64,000 nt of DNA from a virus (taxonomy: Duplodnaviria; Caudoviricetes): IMG/VR virus record IMGVR_UViG_3300008262_000013; one strand, written 5' to 3'. This document shows, one piece after another, positions 8,020-17,716 of the stretch; position 1 is the first letter of the stretch, and every line of letters begins with the position of its first letter. The notes beneath the pieces were generated by a model, which worked only from the letters and a program-made list of their open reading frames with translations, did no database searches and was not told the DNA's origin. The position numbers and the translations under genes were made by a program.

Positions 8020-9027
8020 ATGTTTGATATCAATACCCTCGATCCGTCTAAAGTTACCTTTGGACATTTCACAACACCTGGTGTAAAATTTATCGATAGA
8101 AAAATAATTCCTATTGATAAAATTTATGTTCCACCAATCAAAGACAATCCTGTTAGAAAAAAAGGTAAAAACTATAATAACATCCAAAGATTATCTGAAT
8201 CTTTTAGAAACGGAATAAGTTACGCACAATGTCCTCCGTTGGTGCGTGAGAAGGTGCAACAAATTGATGGCCACATTTATGAATATGAATTGGTTGCAGG
8301 ACAACACCGTTGGGAAGCTTTTATGATTCTTGGATATACTATGTGGATTTTTGATGTATATGAAATCACTGGTAACAAATATTCTACTTATGAAGATTCA
8401 TTACGAACACTACAATTGAAAGAAAACGATCATGCTCCACACCAAGAAACAAGTGAAGATGATGCTGTAAACATTATATGTCGTCTTTTGGATAGAATGT
8501 CGAAAATTGTAGCACCAAACTCCGACAGTATTCGTGCGTACTTGGATGCACACTGCAAGAATATGCATCATAACACTAAAGCAAAAGTTGTTCGTGATGT
8601 TGTTCGTAATATGCAAAAAAATGGAGTTTCAGTTTATTCTGATATTGTTACCTATACTGCAAGTGACGTTAATGGTTTTGTTCAGAAAAAAACTAACTAT
8701 GTAACACAAGGTGAATTTGATAAGAAAAGAAATTCATATGGTTGGTCGGTTTTAGAAGGTTATGAATATGAATATGTTATGAGTGCAGCTAAAAAGTTTT
8801 CTGAAACAGGATCACCTTCATATTTTATTTGTCACACAAAATCACCTACAGAAAAATATCCTTTGGATGAAAAGCGTGAGAAAATGATGATGCAATTCCA
8901 AAAACTTGAAACTGCTCTGTTGGATGTTATGAAATATTATGAAGAAAACAAATCTTTTCCGTGGAAAGTTGAAGGTTTTCTACCACAAGACGTTAAAGCT
9001 GGTGAAGAAACTTTAATTAAAGTTTGA
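8020..9027 (+). CDS. ParB/Srx-like N-terminal domain protein
   Basis: IPIDKI..PPLV..YELVAGQHRWEA (GxHR)..QLKEN; AGGAG RBS. Confidence 0.65.
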   Translation: MFDINTLDPSKVTFGHFTTPGVKFIDRKIIPIDKIYVPPIKDNPVRKKGKNYNNIQRLSESFRNGISYAQCPPLVREKVQQIDGHIYEYELVAGQHRWEAFMILGYTMWIFDVYEITGNKYSTYEDSLRTLQLKENDHAPHQETSEDDAVNIICRLLDRMSKIVAPNSDSIRAYLDAHCKNMHHNTKAKVVRDVVRNMQKNGVSVYSDIVTYTASDVNGFVQKKTNYVTQGEFDKKRNSYGWSVLEGYEYEYVMSAAKKFSETGSPSYFICHTKSPTEKYPLDEKREKMMMQFQKLETALLDVMKYYEENKSFPWKVEGFLPQDVKAGEETLIKV

Positions 9028-9052
9028 CAAACAGTTCTTTTTTTGTTATAAT
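9024..9052 (+). promoter_or_regulatory. Consensus sigma70 promoter for gp44
   Basis: TTGACA-17 bp-TATAAT with TG extension. Confidence 0.82.
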
Positions 9053-9079
9053 ATATTATGATTTATGTGAAAGGTGATT

Positions 9080-10015
9080 ATGGAACATTTGTTGTGGACA
9101 GAAAAGTATCGCCCTCAGACGGTTCAGGATTGTATTCTTCCGGAACGTCTGAGGCAACCTTTTCAGGAATACGTCAATCAAAAGACAATACCCAATTTAC
9201 TGTTGAGTGGCGGAGCGGGCGTAGGCAAGACGACCGTAGCCAAAGCAATGTGCAACGAAATCGGTTGCGACTTCATGATAATCAATGGTTCTGATGAAAG
9301 TGGCATTGATACTTTTAGAACCAAGATAAAGAATTATGCTTCTTCAATGTCATTTGCTGGTGGTCGTAAGGTCATTATCATCGATGAAGCAGACTATCTA
9401 AATCCAAATTCAACTCAACCGGCTTTGCGTAATGCAATTGAAGAATTTGCAGGCAACTGCTCGTTCATTTTTACTTGTAATTACAAAAATCGAATCATTG
9501 AACCATTGCATAGTCGTTGCGCTGTAATTGATTTTGGTCTAAAGAACGGTGAAAAGATCAAGATGGCCTCTCAGTTCCACAAGAGAATTGAGATGGTTTT
9601 GCAAAGTGAAAATATTGACTATGATAAGACAGTTGTTGCTGAACTTATCAAGAAACACTTTCCAGATTTTCGCCGTGTAATAAATGAATTGCAAAGATAT
9701 TCTCAGTTCGGAAAGATTGACACTGGTATTCTTGCACAGATCGGTGATGTATCTCTAAAAGAGATTGTAAAACATATTACTGAAAAAGATTTTACTGCTA
9801 TTCGTAAATGGGTTGGTACAACTGAAATTGATGGTAATACTTTGTATCGTAAACTTTACGATTCACTATATGATGTAATGAAACCAAATTCAATACCAAA
9901 AGCTGTTTTGATTCTTGCAGACTATCAATATAAACAAGCCTTTGTTGCTGACCAAGAAATTAATATGGTCGCTTGTTTGACTGAACTAATGGTTGAATGT
10001 GAATTCACAAAGTGA
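9080..10015 (+). CDS. gp44: Clamp loader large subunit gp44
   Basis: LWTEKYRPQTV, GGAGVGKTT, IIIDEAD, SRC motif. Confidence 0.95.
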   Translation: MEHLLWTEKYRPQTVQDCILPERLRQPFQEYVNQKTIPNLLLSGGAGVGKTTVAKAMCNEIGCDFMIINGSDESGIDTFRTKIKNYASSMSFAGGRKVIIIDEADYLNPNSTQPALRNAIEEFAGNCSFIFTCNYKNRIIEPLHSRCAVIDFGLKNGEKIKMASQFHKRIEMVLQSENIDYDKTVVAELIKKHFPDFRRVINELQRYSQFGKIDTGILAQIGDVSLKEIVKHITEKDFTAIRKWVGTTEIDGNTLYRKLYDSLYDVMKPNSIPKAVLILADYQYKQAFVADQEINMVACLTELMVECEFTK

Positions 10016-10299
10016 ACAATTTATTTTTCGACATATGGAAGTGGATAAAAAATGACTTTAACTCATATCCTTTTCGCTTTGCTGCCGAGCTTTTTGCTTG
10101 GGTCATCAGTATTGGGTGTAGTGTTATCATGGCATTTACCGTACCAGATCCTCCCCTTATGGTTTTATATCCTATGTGGATTACTGCTTGTGCTGTCTAT
10201 GCTTGGGCTGCTTACACTCGTAAGAGTTTTGGAATGCTTGCCAACTATATCTTGTTGACAGCCATTGATACTGTTGGTTTAGCTAGAATGGTTTTTTGA
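10012..10299 (+). CDS. Small multi-pass membrane protein
   Basis: Three hydrophobic segments; GTG start overlapping the gp44 stop. Confidence 0.65.
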   Translation: MNNLFFDIWKWIKNDFNSYPFRFAAELFAWVISIGCSVIMAFTVPDPPLMVLYPMWITACAVYAWAAYTRKSFGMLANYILLTAIDTVGLARMVF

Positions 10300-10308
10300 A
10301 AGTGAAAT

Positions 10309-11481
10309 ATGTCCGATTTTGATGATGATATAGCTCCTCTACGTGCTAGATTTAATAGACTTTCTAAAAGTTTTAGAAAGAAACGTGAGAAAAGAAAATA
10401 TGACTTTGAAAGGAAAAGTGAAGTGGGCAGAAAATATAATGATGGTTTAGTTTTTACAAGTGATGAAGATACTGATTTTTCGGCAGTAGAGCAACGTCCA
10501 GAATTTTTCTTAAGTGGTGTTTCACTCAATGATCACTATATTTCCAAGATCGTTGATGAAAGAACTCGACTTGGTTTAAAAACAATTTCCGATAAACAGA
10601 TTTATGTTGCTGATTATAAATCATGGATTTCCTTTTCTAGAAAAGCTTATACTGATCTACAGATCATTGAGTTTAGTAAAGATGCCGGCCTTATCATAGA
10701 TAGAAAAGAAGTGGGGTTCATAGACTATTCTGTAAACTCAAACTCTGTTGAAATTAAAATCTGCGGTAGTTTGGAGTTTGTTGAGTTTCACAAAAAACTT
10801 ATCTCGAAGAATTTTCATACTGCTACTTGTCACATCGAATGGATTTATTCTGGTGATGGCAGTTCTGTTCAAATTCCTTTGACAGCGGACCGTTTGCCCA
10901 TTGCTGAAATGTATCCTTTTTTGAAAGATGAAACTATTGGAAATTACTATGATAGATTCATGGAATCTTCAGCATCGATTCTACTTTTGATTGGTCCACC
11001 AGGAACAGGTAAGACAACTTTTATTCGTGGTCTATTGCATCATCTAAAGAAAAATGCTGTTGTAACTTATGATGAAAAAATTCTTGAAAGAGATTTCGTG
11101 TTTGCTCGTTTTCTTGAAGATGATGCTAGTGTAATGGTTATCGAAGATGCAGATAATTTTCTAATGTCTCGTAAAGAAGGTAATACAATGATGCATCGTT
11201 TCCTAAACGTAGGCGATGGTCTTGTAGGCATTCAAGGTAAGAAATTAATTTTCTCTACCAACCTACCATCTGTAAAAGATATTGATCCTGCTTTGATTCG
11301 TGCTGGTCGTTGCTTTGATATTCTTCATTTTGAAAATTATAATGAAGAACAAGCTAAGAAGATTGCTAAGAAATTCAAAGTTGAATTTAACAAAAAATCT
11401 GAAGGTGATTACTCTCTTGCAGAAATCTTTCATTCTCAAAATAAGACACCGAAGGTTGAAACTAAAATTGGGTTCTACTGA
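10309..11481 (+). CDS. AAA+ ATPase with uncharacterised N-terminal region
   Basis: GPPGTGKTT, VIEDAD, FSTN, DPALIRAGRCFD. Confidence 0.85.
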   Translation: MSDFDDDIAPLRARFNRLSKSFRKKREKRKYDFERKSEVGRKYNDGLVFTSDEDTDFSAVEQRPEFFLSGVSLNDHYISKIVDERTRLGLKTISDKQIYVADYKSWISFSRKAYTDLQIIEFSKDAGLIIDRKEVGFIDYSVNSNSVEIKICGSLEFVEFHKKLISKNFHTATCHIEWIYSGDGSSVQIPLTADRLPIAEMYPFLKDETIGNYYDRFMESSASILLLIGPPGTGKTTFIRGLLHHLKKNAVVTYDEKILERDFVFARFLEDDASVMVIEDADNFLMSRKEGNTMMHRFLNVGDGLVGIQGKKLIFSTNLPSVKDIDPALIRAGRCFDILHFENYNEEQAKKIAKKFKVEFNKKSEGDYSLAEIFHSQNKTPKVETKIGFY

Positions 11482-11864
11482 TGAGTCCGTTCGATTATGT
11501 AAACCAGATTCTACAAGGTAAAAAGAATCTAATTGTCGATGAAGTAACTGAGAAGGAATATTCTCCATTTCTGACTAATCGCAGTCTATCCTACCATATG
11601 GACTGCTTAATGTTTGCAAATGAGATGAATTCTAGACACTTCATCGACAAAAAGATGCAGAATGATTTTTTACTAAATACCATAAGGTCAAGAAAGAGGC
11701 CTTTTGCGAAGTGGGCTAAATCTGAAAAAAGTGAAGATATAGAATGTATACAACAAGTCTATAACCTTTCATCCACGAAAGCCAGAGAAGTTTTACGTCT
11801 ACTGAGCAAAGAACAAATTCAATTCCTAAAACAAAAAATAGAAACTGGTGGATTGAGGAAATGA
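11481..11864 (+). CDS. gp62: Clamp loader small subunit gp62
   Basis: YSPFLTNRSLSYHMDCLMFANEMN..RKRPFAKWAK; synteny with regA. Confidence 0.9.
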   Translation: MSPFDYVNQILQGKKNLIVDEVTEKEYSPFLTNRSLSYHMDCLMFANEMNSRHFIDKKMQNDFLLNTIRSRKRPFAKWAKSEKSEDIECIQQVYNLSSTKAREVLRLLSKEQIQFLKQKIETGGLRK

Positions 11865-11865
11865 C

Positions 11866-12267
11866 ATGGTAGATATTAATAAATTCGTAGAAGTGCAGTT
11901 GCAGGAACAAGATGATTTTTTGAAAGTGAGAGAAACTCTAACTAGAATTGGAGTTTCTTCCAGAAAAGAAAAAGTGTTATACCAATCTTGCCATATATTG
12001 CATAAACAAGGTAAGTACTATATCGTACATTTTAAAGAGTTATTTGCACTTGATGGTAAACCATCAAACATTACTGAGAATGATATACAAAGACGTAATG
12101 CGATTGCCAATTTACTTGAAGAATGGGGTTTAGTTAAGATTTTAAATAGAAAAGTAATTGAAGATAATCTGGCTCCGATACATCAAATTAAAATTATTTC
12201 TTTTAAAGAAAAAGATGATTGGGAACTTATACCTAAGTATAACATAGGTAAAAAAGAAAAAGATTAA
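11866..12267 (+). CDS. regA: Translational repressor RegA
   Basis: DDFLKVRETLTRIGVSS..LYQSCHILHKQGKYYIVHFKELFALDG. Confidence 0.96.
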   Translation: MVDINKFVEVQLQEQDDFLKVRETLTRIGVSSRKEKVLYQSCHILHKQGKYYIVHFKELFALDGKPSNITENDIQRRNAIANLLEEWGLVKILNRKVIEDNLAPIHQIKIISFKEKDDWELIPKYNIGKKEKD

Positions 12268-12274
12268 AATTCAT

Positions 12275-12303
12275 TTGACTTTTTTAAAGAGTTACTATAT
12301 AAT
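12275..12303 (+). promoter_or_regulatory. sigma70-type promoter
   Basis: TTGACT-17 bp-TATAAT. Confidence 0.78.
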
Positions 12304-12323
12304 ATAGATTATGGTGATAAAAA

Positions 12324-12503
12324 ATGAAAGAAAAGATTACACGTTTAGTAAACAAATATACTAAAGAAGAAGTATATACTAGAGATTACGATGATTTTGT
12401 TAGAGAGGGCACCAATGAATTTATTCGTGTCTTTCAAAAATTAAATCCTCAAAGAACTTTTTTGGTGAATCGACAAGCATTTGTGGTCGCCAAAGAGTCG
12501 TGA
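12324..12503 (+). CDS. Small hypothetical protein (59 aa, not in ORF track)
   Basis: MKEKITRLVNKYTKEEVYTRDY..; directly downstream of promoter, GGTGA RBS-like. Confidence 0.6.
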   Translation: MKEKITRLVNKYTKEEVYTRDYDDFVREGTNEFIRVFQKLNPQRTFLVNRQAFVVAKES

Positions 12504-12552
12504 TGCCTAACGGGTCACGTTTTTATTAACTTGCTTATTTAAGGAGAAATAT

Positions 12553-13044
12553 ATGACAGTAGGACGTATTGCTTTTGGACCTTTGTTCCATCAAACTCTT
12601 GGTTTTGAAAATTTTCTACGTGATGTGGAAAAAATGTTGGGTGAAGAAGTAAAGCCTTCAACTTTCCCACACCATAATATTATTAAAGTTGATGATAGTC
12701 GTTATATCGTTGAACTAGCTGTAGCTGGTTTCTCGAAAGATGAAATTGAAATTACAAGACAAGAGGGTTCATTAAAGATTGTAGGAATGAAACAGAATGA
12801 AGATATGGGTCAAGCTACATATCTACATCGTGGCATTGCTACACGTTCATTCACTAAAAATATTACCATTGCTGATACTGTTGAAGTACATAGTTCAGAA
12901 ATCAAAGATGGTATTTTACGTATTGGTCTTATCAATGTTATTCCAGAACATAAGAAACCAAAACGTATTGAAATTGGAAGTGAACTAAAGTTCTTTGAGC
13001 CAACACTTCTTCAAGAAAACAAAAAAGAAGTAAAAGCAGCTTAA
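12553..13044 (+). CDS. hsp20: Small heat-shock protein Hsp20 (IbpA-like)
   Basis: FPHHNIIK..IVELAVAGFSKDEI..YLHRGIATRSF..DGILRI..PEHKKPKRIEI. Confidence 0.93.
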   Translation: MTVGRIAFGPLFHQTLGFENFLRDVEKMLGEEVKPSTFPHHNIIKVDDSRYIVELAVAGFSKDEIEITRQEGSLKIVGMKQNEDMGQATYLHRGIATRSFTKNITIADTVEVHSSEIKDGILRIGLINVIPEHKKPKRIEIGSELKFFEPTLLQENKKEVKAA

Positions 13045-13047
13045 AAC

Positions 13048-13068
13048 ATGGGGCCTTTGGCCCCATTT
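13048..13068 (+). terminator. Hairpin terminator-like element after hsp20
   Basis: ATGGGGCC-TTT-GGCCCCAT then TT(A)T. Confidence 0.55.
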
Positions 13069-13083
13069 ATGGAGAAAATCTAT

Positions 13084-13272
13084 ATGATGAAAAAAGATAA
13101 AAGCTTTCGTTTACCGAAAGAAACAAAACGTTTACTCGCTACAATGTCGAAAGAAAAGCGAAGTGACTTCAAAAACCTAATGATAAAGGGTATTATCTTA
13201 GGATCAGTTGAACCACCTAGAGAAAAAAGAAAACACAAAACTAAAATTGTTCAGGCTGAGACTGAAGAATGA
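13084..13272 (+). CDS. Small basic hypothetical protein
   Basis: ATG 13084 with GGAG RBS; FRLPKETKRLLATM. Confidence 0.6.
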   Translation: MMKKDKSFRLPKETKRLLATMSKEKRSDFKNLMIKGIILGSVEPPREKRKHKTKIVQAETEE

Positions 13273-13784
13273 AACAAAAGTTCATTCGGGCTCATATGAA
13301 AGTGGCTGAAGTTTATGCTCAGTTATCTTCAGCTGAACGATTGAAAGTTGGTGCTGTTATTGTCAAAGAAGATACGATCATAGGTATAGGTTACAACGGC
13401 ATGCCATCAGGTTGGATAAACGCCTGTGAAAAAAAAGAATACATGCCAGTTGATAATGTAGATAAATTAAATGTTGAAGAAATAGAACAACAGTGGCCAT
13501 ATGAAGATCGTGGCAAAAGATATAAATTGATCACAAAAGATGAAGTTATTCATGCAGAATCAAATGCCATTTCTAAAGTAGCCAAATCTACAAATTCAAC
13601 AGAAGGTTCTTATCTATTTGTCACTCATGCTCCGTGTATTCATTGTGCTAAACTTATACACCAATCTGGAATAATTAGAGTCTTTTATAAAGAAGCGTAC
13701 AGAGATGATAGTGGTTTAAAATTTTTAGAAAAGTGTGGTATAAAGGTGATGAAAATTTCAGATGACTATATTCTTCAGAATTAA
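13269..13784 (+). CDS. cd: dCMP deaminase
   Basis: VGAVIV..GYNG..HAESNAI..THAPCIHCAKLI Zn motifs. Confidence 0.92.
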   Translation: MKQKFIRAHMKVAEVYAQLSSAERLKVGAVIVKEDTIIGIGYNGMPSGWINACEKKEYMPVDNVDKLNVEEIEQQWPYEDRGKRYKLITKDEVIHAESNAISKVAKSTNSTEGSYLFVTHAPCIHCAKLIHQSGIIRVFYKEAYRDDSGLKFLEKCGIKVMKISDDYILQN

Positions 13785-13799
13785 AATAAGGTGAAAAAT

Positions 13800-14258
13800 A
13801 TGTTAGTGTTACCCGATAATATGATAGGAAAACCTGTAGGTTTTACCTGTTCTACTTTCGACCTTCTTCATGCAGGTCATATATTGATGCTTGCAGAATG
13901 TAAACAAATTTGTGATTATCTAATTGTAGGATTACAAACTGATCCAACCGTTGATAGACCAGGAACAAAAAATAAACCAGTTCAAAGTATCGTAGAAAGG
14001 TTTGTCCAATTATCTGCTGTTGAATTTGTTGATGAGATTATTGTGTATGAAACGGAAAAAGATTTAGAAGATTTGTTAATGTTTCTTCCTATCACTATCA
14101 GAATTTGTGGTGAAGAATATAAAGATAAACATTTAACAGGAAAAGATATATGTGATGTAAGAGGAATAAAAACATATTATAATTCAAGGACACATAGATT
14201 TAGTTCTTCTGAATTGAGGCAAAGAACTTATGAATCTGAAATGAGGAAAATACTATGA
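13800..14258 (+). CDS. Glycerol-3-phosphate cytidylyltransferase-like (TagD/RfaE family)
   Basis: FDLLHAGH (HxGH), LIVGL, SSSELR. Confidence 0.85.
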   Translation: MLVLPDNMIGKPVGFTCSTFDLLHAGHILMLAECKQICDYLIVGLQTDPTVDRPGTKNKPVQSIVERFVQLSAVEFVDEIIVYETEKDLEDLLMFLPITIRICGEEYKDKHLTGKDICDVRGIKTYYNSRTHRFSSSELRQRTYESEMRKIL

Positions 14259-14623
14259 CTAAAGTATTCACGGATGTGGCAACGTTTATGCTGGCTGGAG
14301 AACAAACTGTTGGTAAAGATAATAACGAACAGGCAGAGTTGTACTTGAATTTGATTAGAGAAGAATACCAAGAACTATTAGATGCTAGGCAATTAACCGA
14401 TGATGTCTTGACAATTGACGCATGTTTTGATACAATATGGGTCATCGTTGGTTATATGTTATCTAGAGGTTGGAGTTGTGAAAGAATCTGGGATGAGGGT
14501 GCCTTAAGTAATCTAAGAAAGATTGATAGGAAAACTCAGAAGATTTTAAAAAGAGAAGATGGTAAGATATTGAAACCCGAAGGTTGGCAACCACCAGATT
14601 TTACTAAATTTATTAATAAGTGA
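14255..14623 (+). CDS. MazG-like / PRA-PH-like NTP pyrophosphohydrolase
   Basis: LIREEYQEL..DACFD..SNLRK..REDGKILKPEGW. Confidence 0.8.
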   Translation: MTKVFTDVATFMLAGEQTVGKDNNEQAELYLNLIREEYQELLDARQLTDDVLTIDACFDTIWVIVGYMLSRGWSCERIWDEGALSNLRKIDRKTQKILKREDGKILKPEGWQPPDFTKFINK

Positions 14624-14633
14624 GGAGCAATAA

Positions 14634-14858
14634 ATGCTAAACGAAGTAATCAAAAAACTGTTGAGTGATAACACAAAACTTCCTAAGGCTTATAAGTATG
14701 ATCTCTTTTATCGGGATTATGATGATAAGGTTGAGCTCATTGGCTTGGTTGATGATCCAACCTATGATATGAAAGACTTTGTGGGTAGAGAGATGCTCTT
14801 TCCCAAGCGTTGGCTGACGCTTGATGTATATGATTCTAAAATGGAGATCAAAGTATAA
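14634..14858 (+). CDS. Hypothetical protein
   Basis: GAGGAG RBS; translationally coupled to next gene. Confidence 0.6.
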   Translation: MLNEVIKKLLSDNTKLPKAYKYDLFYRDYDDKVELIGLVDDPTYDMKDFVGREMLFPKRWLTLDVYDSKMEIKV

Positions 14859-15160
14859 TGACAATAAAATTAATTACATTCAAAACAAATCACACGGTGT
14901 TAGCAAAAGTTTTAGATGAGGGTGATATCGGTGTTATTATAAAAGAACCTGTGCAAGTGGTTTCTATTCCTCCATCAGCTTCCAATCAAGAAGGTGGTAT
15001 TGCTTTCTCTCCTTTCTTAGAGTATAGTGAAGAATTTAAAACTGGAATTGTAATAAAAAATAGTGATATTCTTACTATCAATAGTCCAATTGTTGACCTT
15101 GAAAATCAATATAACAGAATTTTTGGATCGGGTATTCAAATCGCATCTAGCATTTCTTAA
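14858..15160 (+). CDS. Hypothetical protein upstream of gp43
   Basis: Operon-coupled ORF with normal codon pattern. Confidence 0.65.
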   Translation: MTIKLITFKTNHTVLAKVLDEGDIGVIIKEPVQVVSIPPSASNQEGGIAFSPFLEYSEEFKTGIVIKNSDILTINSPIVDLENQYNRIFGSGIQIASSIS

Positions 15161-17716
15161 ATGAAACAATACTACACCAACGTATCAACATACGGAAGTA
15201 ATATTCTGTTTCGAGGTGTAAAGAACGGTCGGAGAGTTAAGATGAAAATCGAATACGCTCCGACTTTGTTTTTGCCCGTCAATAAAAACACAGAATGGAA
15301 AACGCTCTCTGGAGATAATCTCGAACCTAAAAAGTTTGAGAATATGCGTTCAGCTCGAGATTTCGCCAAAAAATATGAAGATGTACAAAACTTTAAAATA
15401 TTTGGTAACTCTAGTTTTGAATATGCCTTCATTGCTGAAACACAACCAGGAATGATTGACTGGAATATCGATGAACTCAAAATAAGTATTATCGATATTG
15501 AGGTCGGATCAGAAAATGGTTTTCCAGATCCATATAAAGCTACTGAACCAATTACTGCTATCGCTATTCGTAGTTTGAATGGTGACATGGTTGTTTATGG
15601 TTGCGGTGAGTATGATAAAGAAAAAGATGAAACAAATAAAGGTAAAAATGTAACTTACATTAAATGCCGTGATGAATATACATTGTGTAAAACATTTCTA
15701 ACTGATTGGGAAAAAGATTCTCCCGATGTTGTCTCCGGTTGGAACATTAAGTTCTTTGATATTCCTTATTTGGTGAATCGTTTCAATCGTATTCTAGGTG
15801 AAGATAATACTCGAAAACTCTCACCTTGGAATAATGTTTATGCTCGTGAGAAAGTTATTCGTGGTAAAAATGTGACCTCTTACGATCTAACAGGTATAGC
15901 TGTACTCGACTACATTGAACTATACAAGTGGTATGCGCCTGGTGGAAAATCACAAGAATCATATCGCCTTGATAATATTGCTCACGTAGAACTTGGTAAG
16001 AAGAAGATTGATTATTCGGAGTATGATAATCTTCACCAACTTTATCGTTTAAACTTCCAAAAGTTTATTGAGTATAACATTGTTGACGTTGAACTTGTCA
16101 TTGAACTTGAAAACAAATTGAAATTGATTGAACTTGGTTTGACTTTGGCATATGACACAAAAACAAACTATGAAGATATCTTTGCACAAACAAGAATGTG
16201 GGATTCTCTAATCTATTCTTACTTGTTTGAGAAAAATATTATTGTACCACCAAAAATTATAAAAAATAAAACTGAAGCTTTTGAAGGTGCATATGTAAAA
16301 GAACCACAAGTTGGCGCACATGATTGGGTCGCATCATTCGATTTGAATTCTCTGTATCCGCATTTGATGATGCAGTATAACATTTCACCTGAAACATTGA
16401 TTGATCCTGAAGAATACACAGATGAAATGCGTGGTGTTTTAGGACAAGTTGTGACAGTTGATCGTTTAATTAATGGTGACATAGATACTAGTAAATTGAG
16501 CGATGTTACTTTAACTCCTAACGGACAATTTTTTAGAACTGACATACAAGGTTTTCTTCCTAAGATGTTGGAAGAAATGTATGAAGATCGAAAGAAATTT
16601 AAAAAGTTGATGTTGAAATCAAAACAAGATTATGAAAATGAAACTGATGAATCTAAGAAACGTGAAATTAAAAACCTTGTTGCTAGATACGATAATCTAC
16701 AGTTAGCTAAAAAGGTATCACTCAATAGTGCTTATGGTGCTTTGGGTTCTCAATATTTTCGGTTTTATGATTTGCGTATGGCCTTGGGTGTCACCACGGC
16801 TGGTCAACTAAGTATTCGTTGGATTGAAAAAGCATTAAATGGTTACTTGAATAAATTATTAAAAACGAACAATGAAGATTACGTTATCGCCTCAGATACA
16901 GATTCGATTTATCTCCGCCTTGGTGAGCTTGTTAATACGGTGTATAAAGATAAATCGGATCCTAATGCAATCATCTCCTTCATGGATAAAGTCTGCGAAC
17001 AGAAAATACAACCTTTTATTGATAAGAGCTATCAAGACCTTGCTGCGTATGTTCATGCGTACTCCCAAAAAATGCAAATGAAACGTGAAGGACTTTCTGA
17101 CAAAGGAATCTGGACCGCAAAGAAACGATACATTCTGAATGTGTACAACAACGAAGGTGTTCAATATAAAGAACCACAAATCAAAGTGATGGGTCTTGAG
17201 ATGGTCAAATCATCTACGCCTGCTGCGATTCGTGAGAAGATGAAAGAAGTTATTCAGTTGATGATGAAGGGAACAGAAACAGATGTTCAGGAGTTTATTT
17301 TAAACTTCAGAGAACAATTCAAAAAGTTACCACCTGAAGATATTTCTTTTCCTAGAGGTTTGAATGGCTTGACTGAATACTCCGATTCTGTTATGATGTA
17401 TAAGAAAGGTACACCTATTCATGTTCGTGGTGCAATTCTTTACAATCACTATCTGAAACAATATGATTTGGTTAAAAAGTATCCTTTGATACAAGAAGGT
17501 GAGAAACTCAAATTTACCTATCTAAAAGTGCCAAATCATTTTAAAGAAGATGTGATTTCTTATCCTGGTAGATTACCAAAAGAATTTAATTTGGATGACT
17601 ATATTGATTATGAAACACAGTTTAATAAAGCGTTTGTCGAACCCGTCAAAGTTATTTTAGATTGTTTGAGTTGGCAAGTCGAAAAACAAAATTCTATAGA
17701 AAGTTTCTTTGGATAA
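15161..17716 (+). CDS. gp43: Family B DNA polymerase gp43
   Basis: DIEV exonuclease, SFDLNSLYP, KVSLNSAYG, ASDTDS, KKRY; uninterrupted. Confidence 0.98.
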   Translation: MKQYYTNVSTYGSNILFRGVKNGRRVKMKIEYAPTLFLPVNKNTEWKTLSGDNLEPKKFENMRSARDFAKKYEDVQNFKIFGNSSFEYAFIAETQPGMIDWNIDELKISIIDIEVGSENGFPDPYKATEPITAIAIRSLNGDMVVYGCGEYDKEKDETNKGKNVTYIKCRDEYTLCKTFLTDWEKDSPDVVSGWNIKFFDIPYLVNRFNRILGEDNTRKLSPWNNVYAREKVIRGKNVTSYDLTGIAVLDYIELYKWYAPGGKSQESYRLDNIAHVELGKKKIDYSEYDNLHQLYRLNFQKFIEYNIVDVELVIELENKLKLIELGLTLAYDTKTNYEDIFAQTRMWDSLIYSYLFEKNIIVPPKIIKNKTEAFEGAYVKEPQVGAHDWVASFDLNSLYPHLMMQYNISPETLIDPEEYTDEMRGVLGQVVTVDRLINGDIDTSKLSDVTLTPNGQFFRTDIQGFLPKMLEEMYEDRKKFKKLMLKSKQDYENETDESKKREIKNLVARYDNLQLAKKVSLNSAYGALGSQYFRFYDLRMALGVTTAGQLSIRWIEKALNGYLNKLLKTNNEDYVIASDTDSIYLRLGELVNTVYKDKSDPNAIISFMDKVCEQKIQPFIDKSYQDLAAYVHAYSQKMQMKREGLSDKGIWTAKKRYILNVYNNEGVQYKEPQIKVMGLEMVKSSTPAAIREKMKEVIQLMMKGTETDVQEFILNFREQFKKLPPEDISFPRGLNGLTEYSDSVMMYKKGTPIHVRGAILYNHYLKQYDLVKKYPLIQEGEKLKFTYLKVPNHFKEDVISYPGRLPKEFNLDDYIDYETQFNKAFVEPVKVILDCLSWQVEKQNSIESFFG

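Noticed and set aside
13048-13083. Track start for the 74-aa ORF (also extended starts at 6799, 17662, 21558, 53238, 58190, 63594)
   Set aside because: Lie in a terminator hairpin or upstream genes; downstream ATGs have better RBS/coupling.
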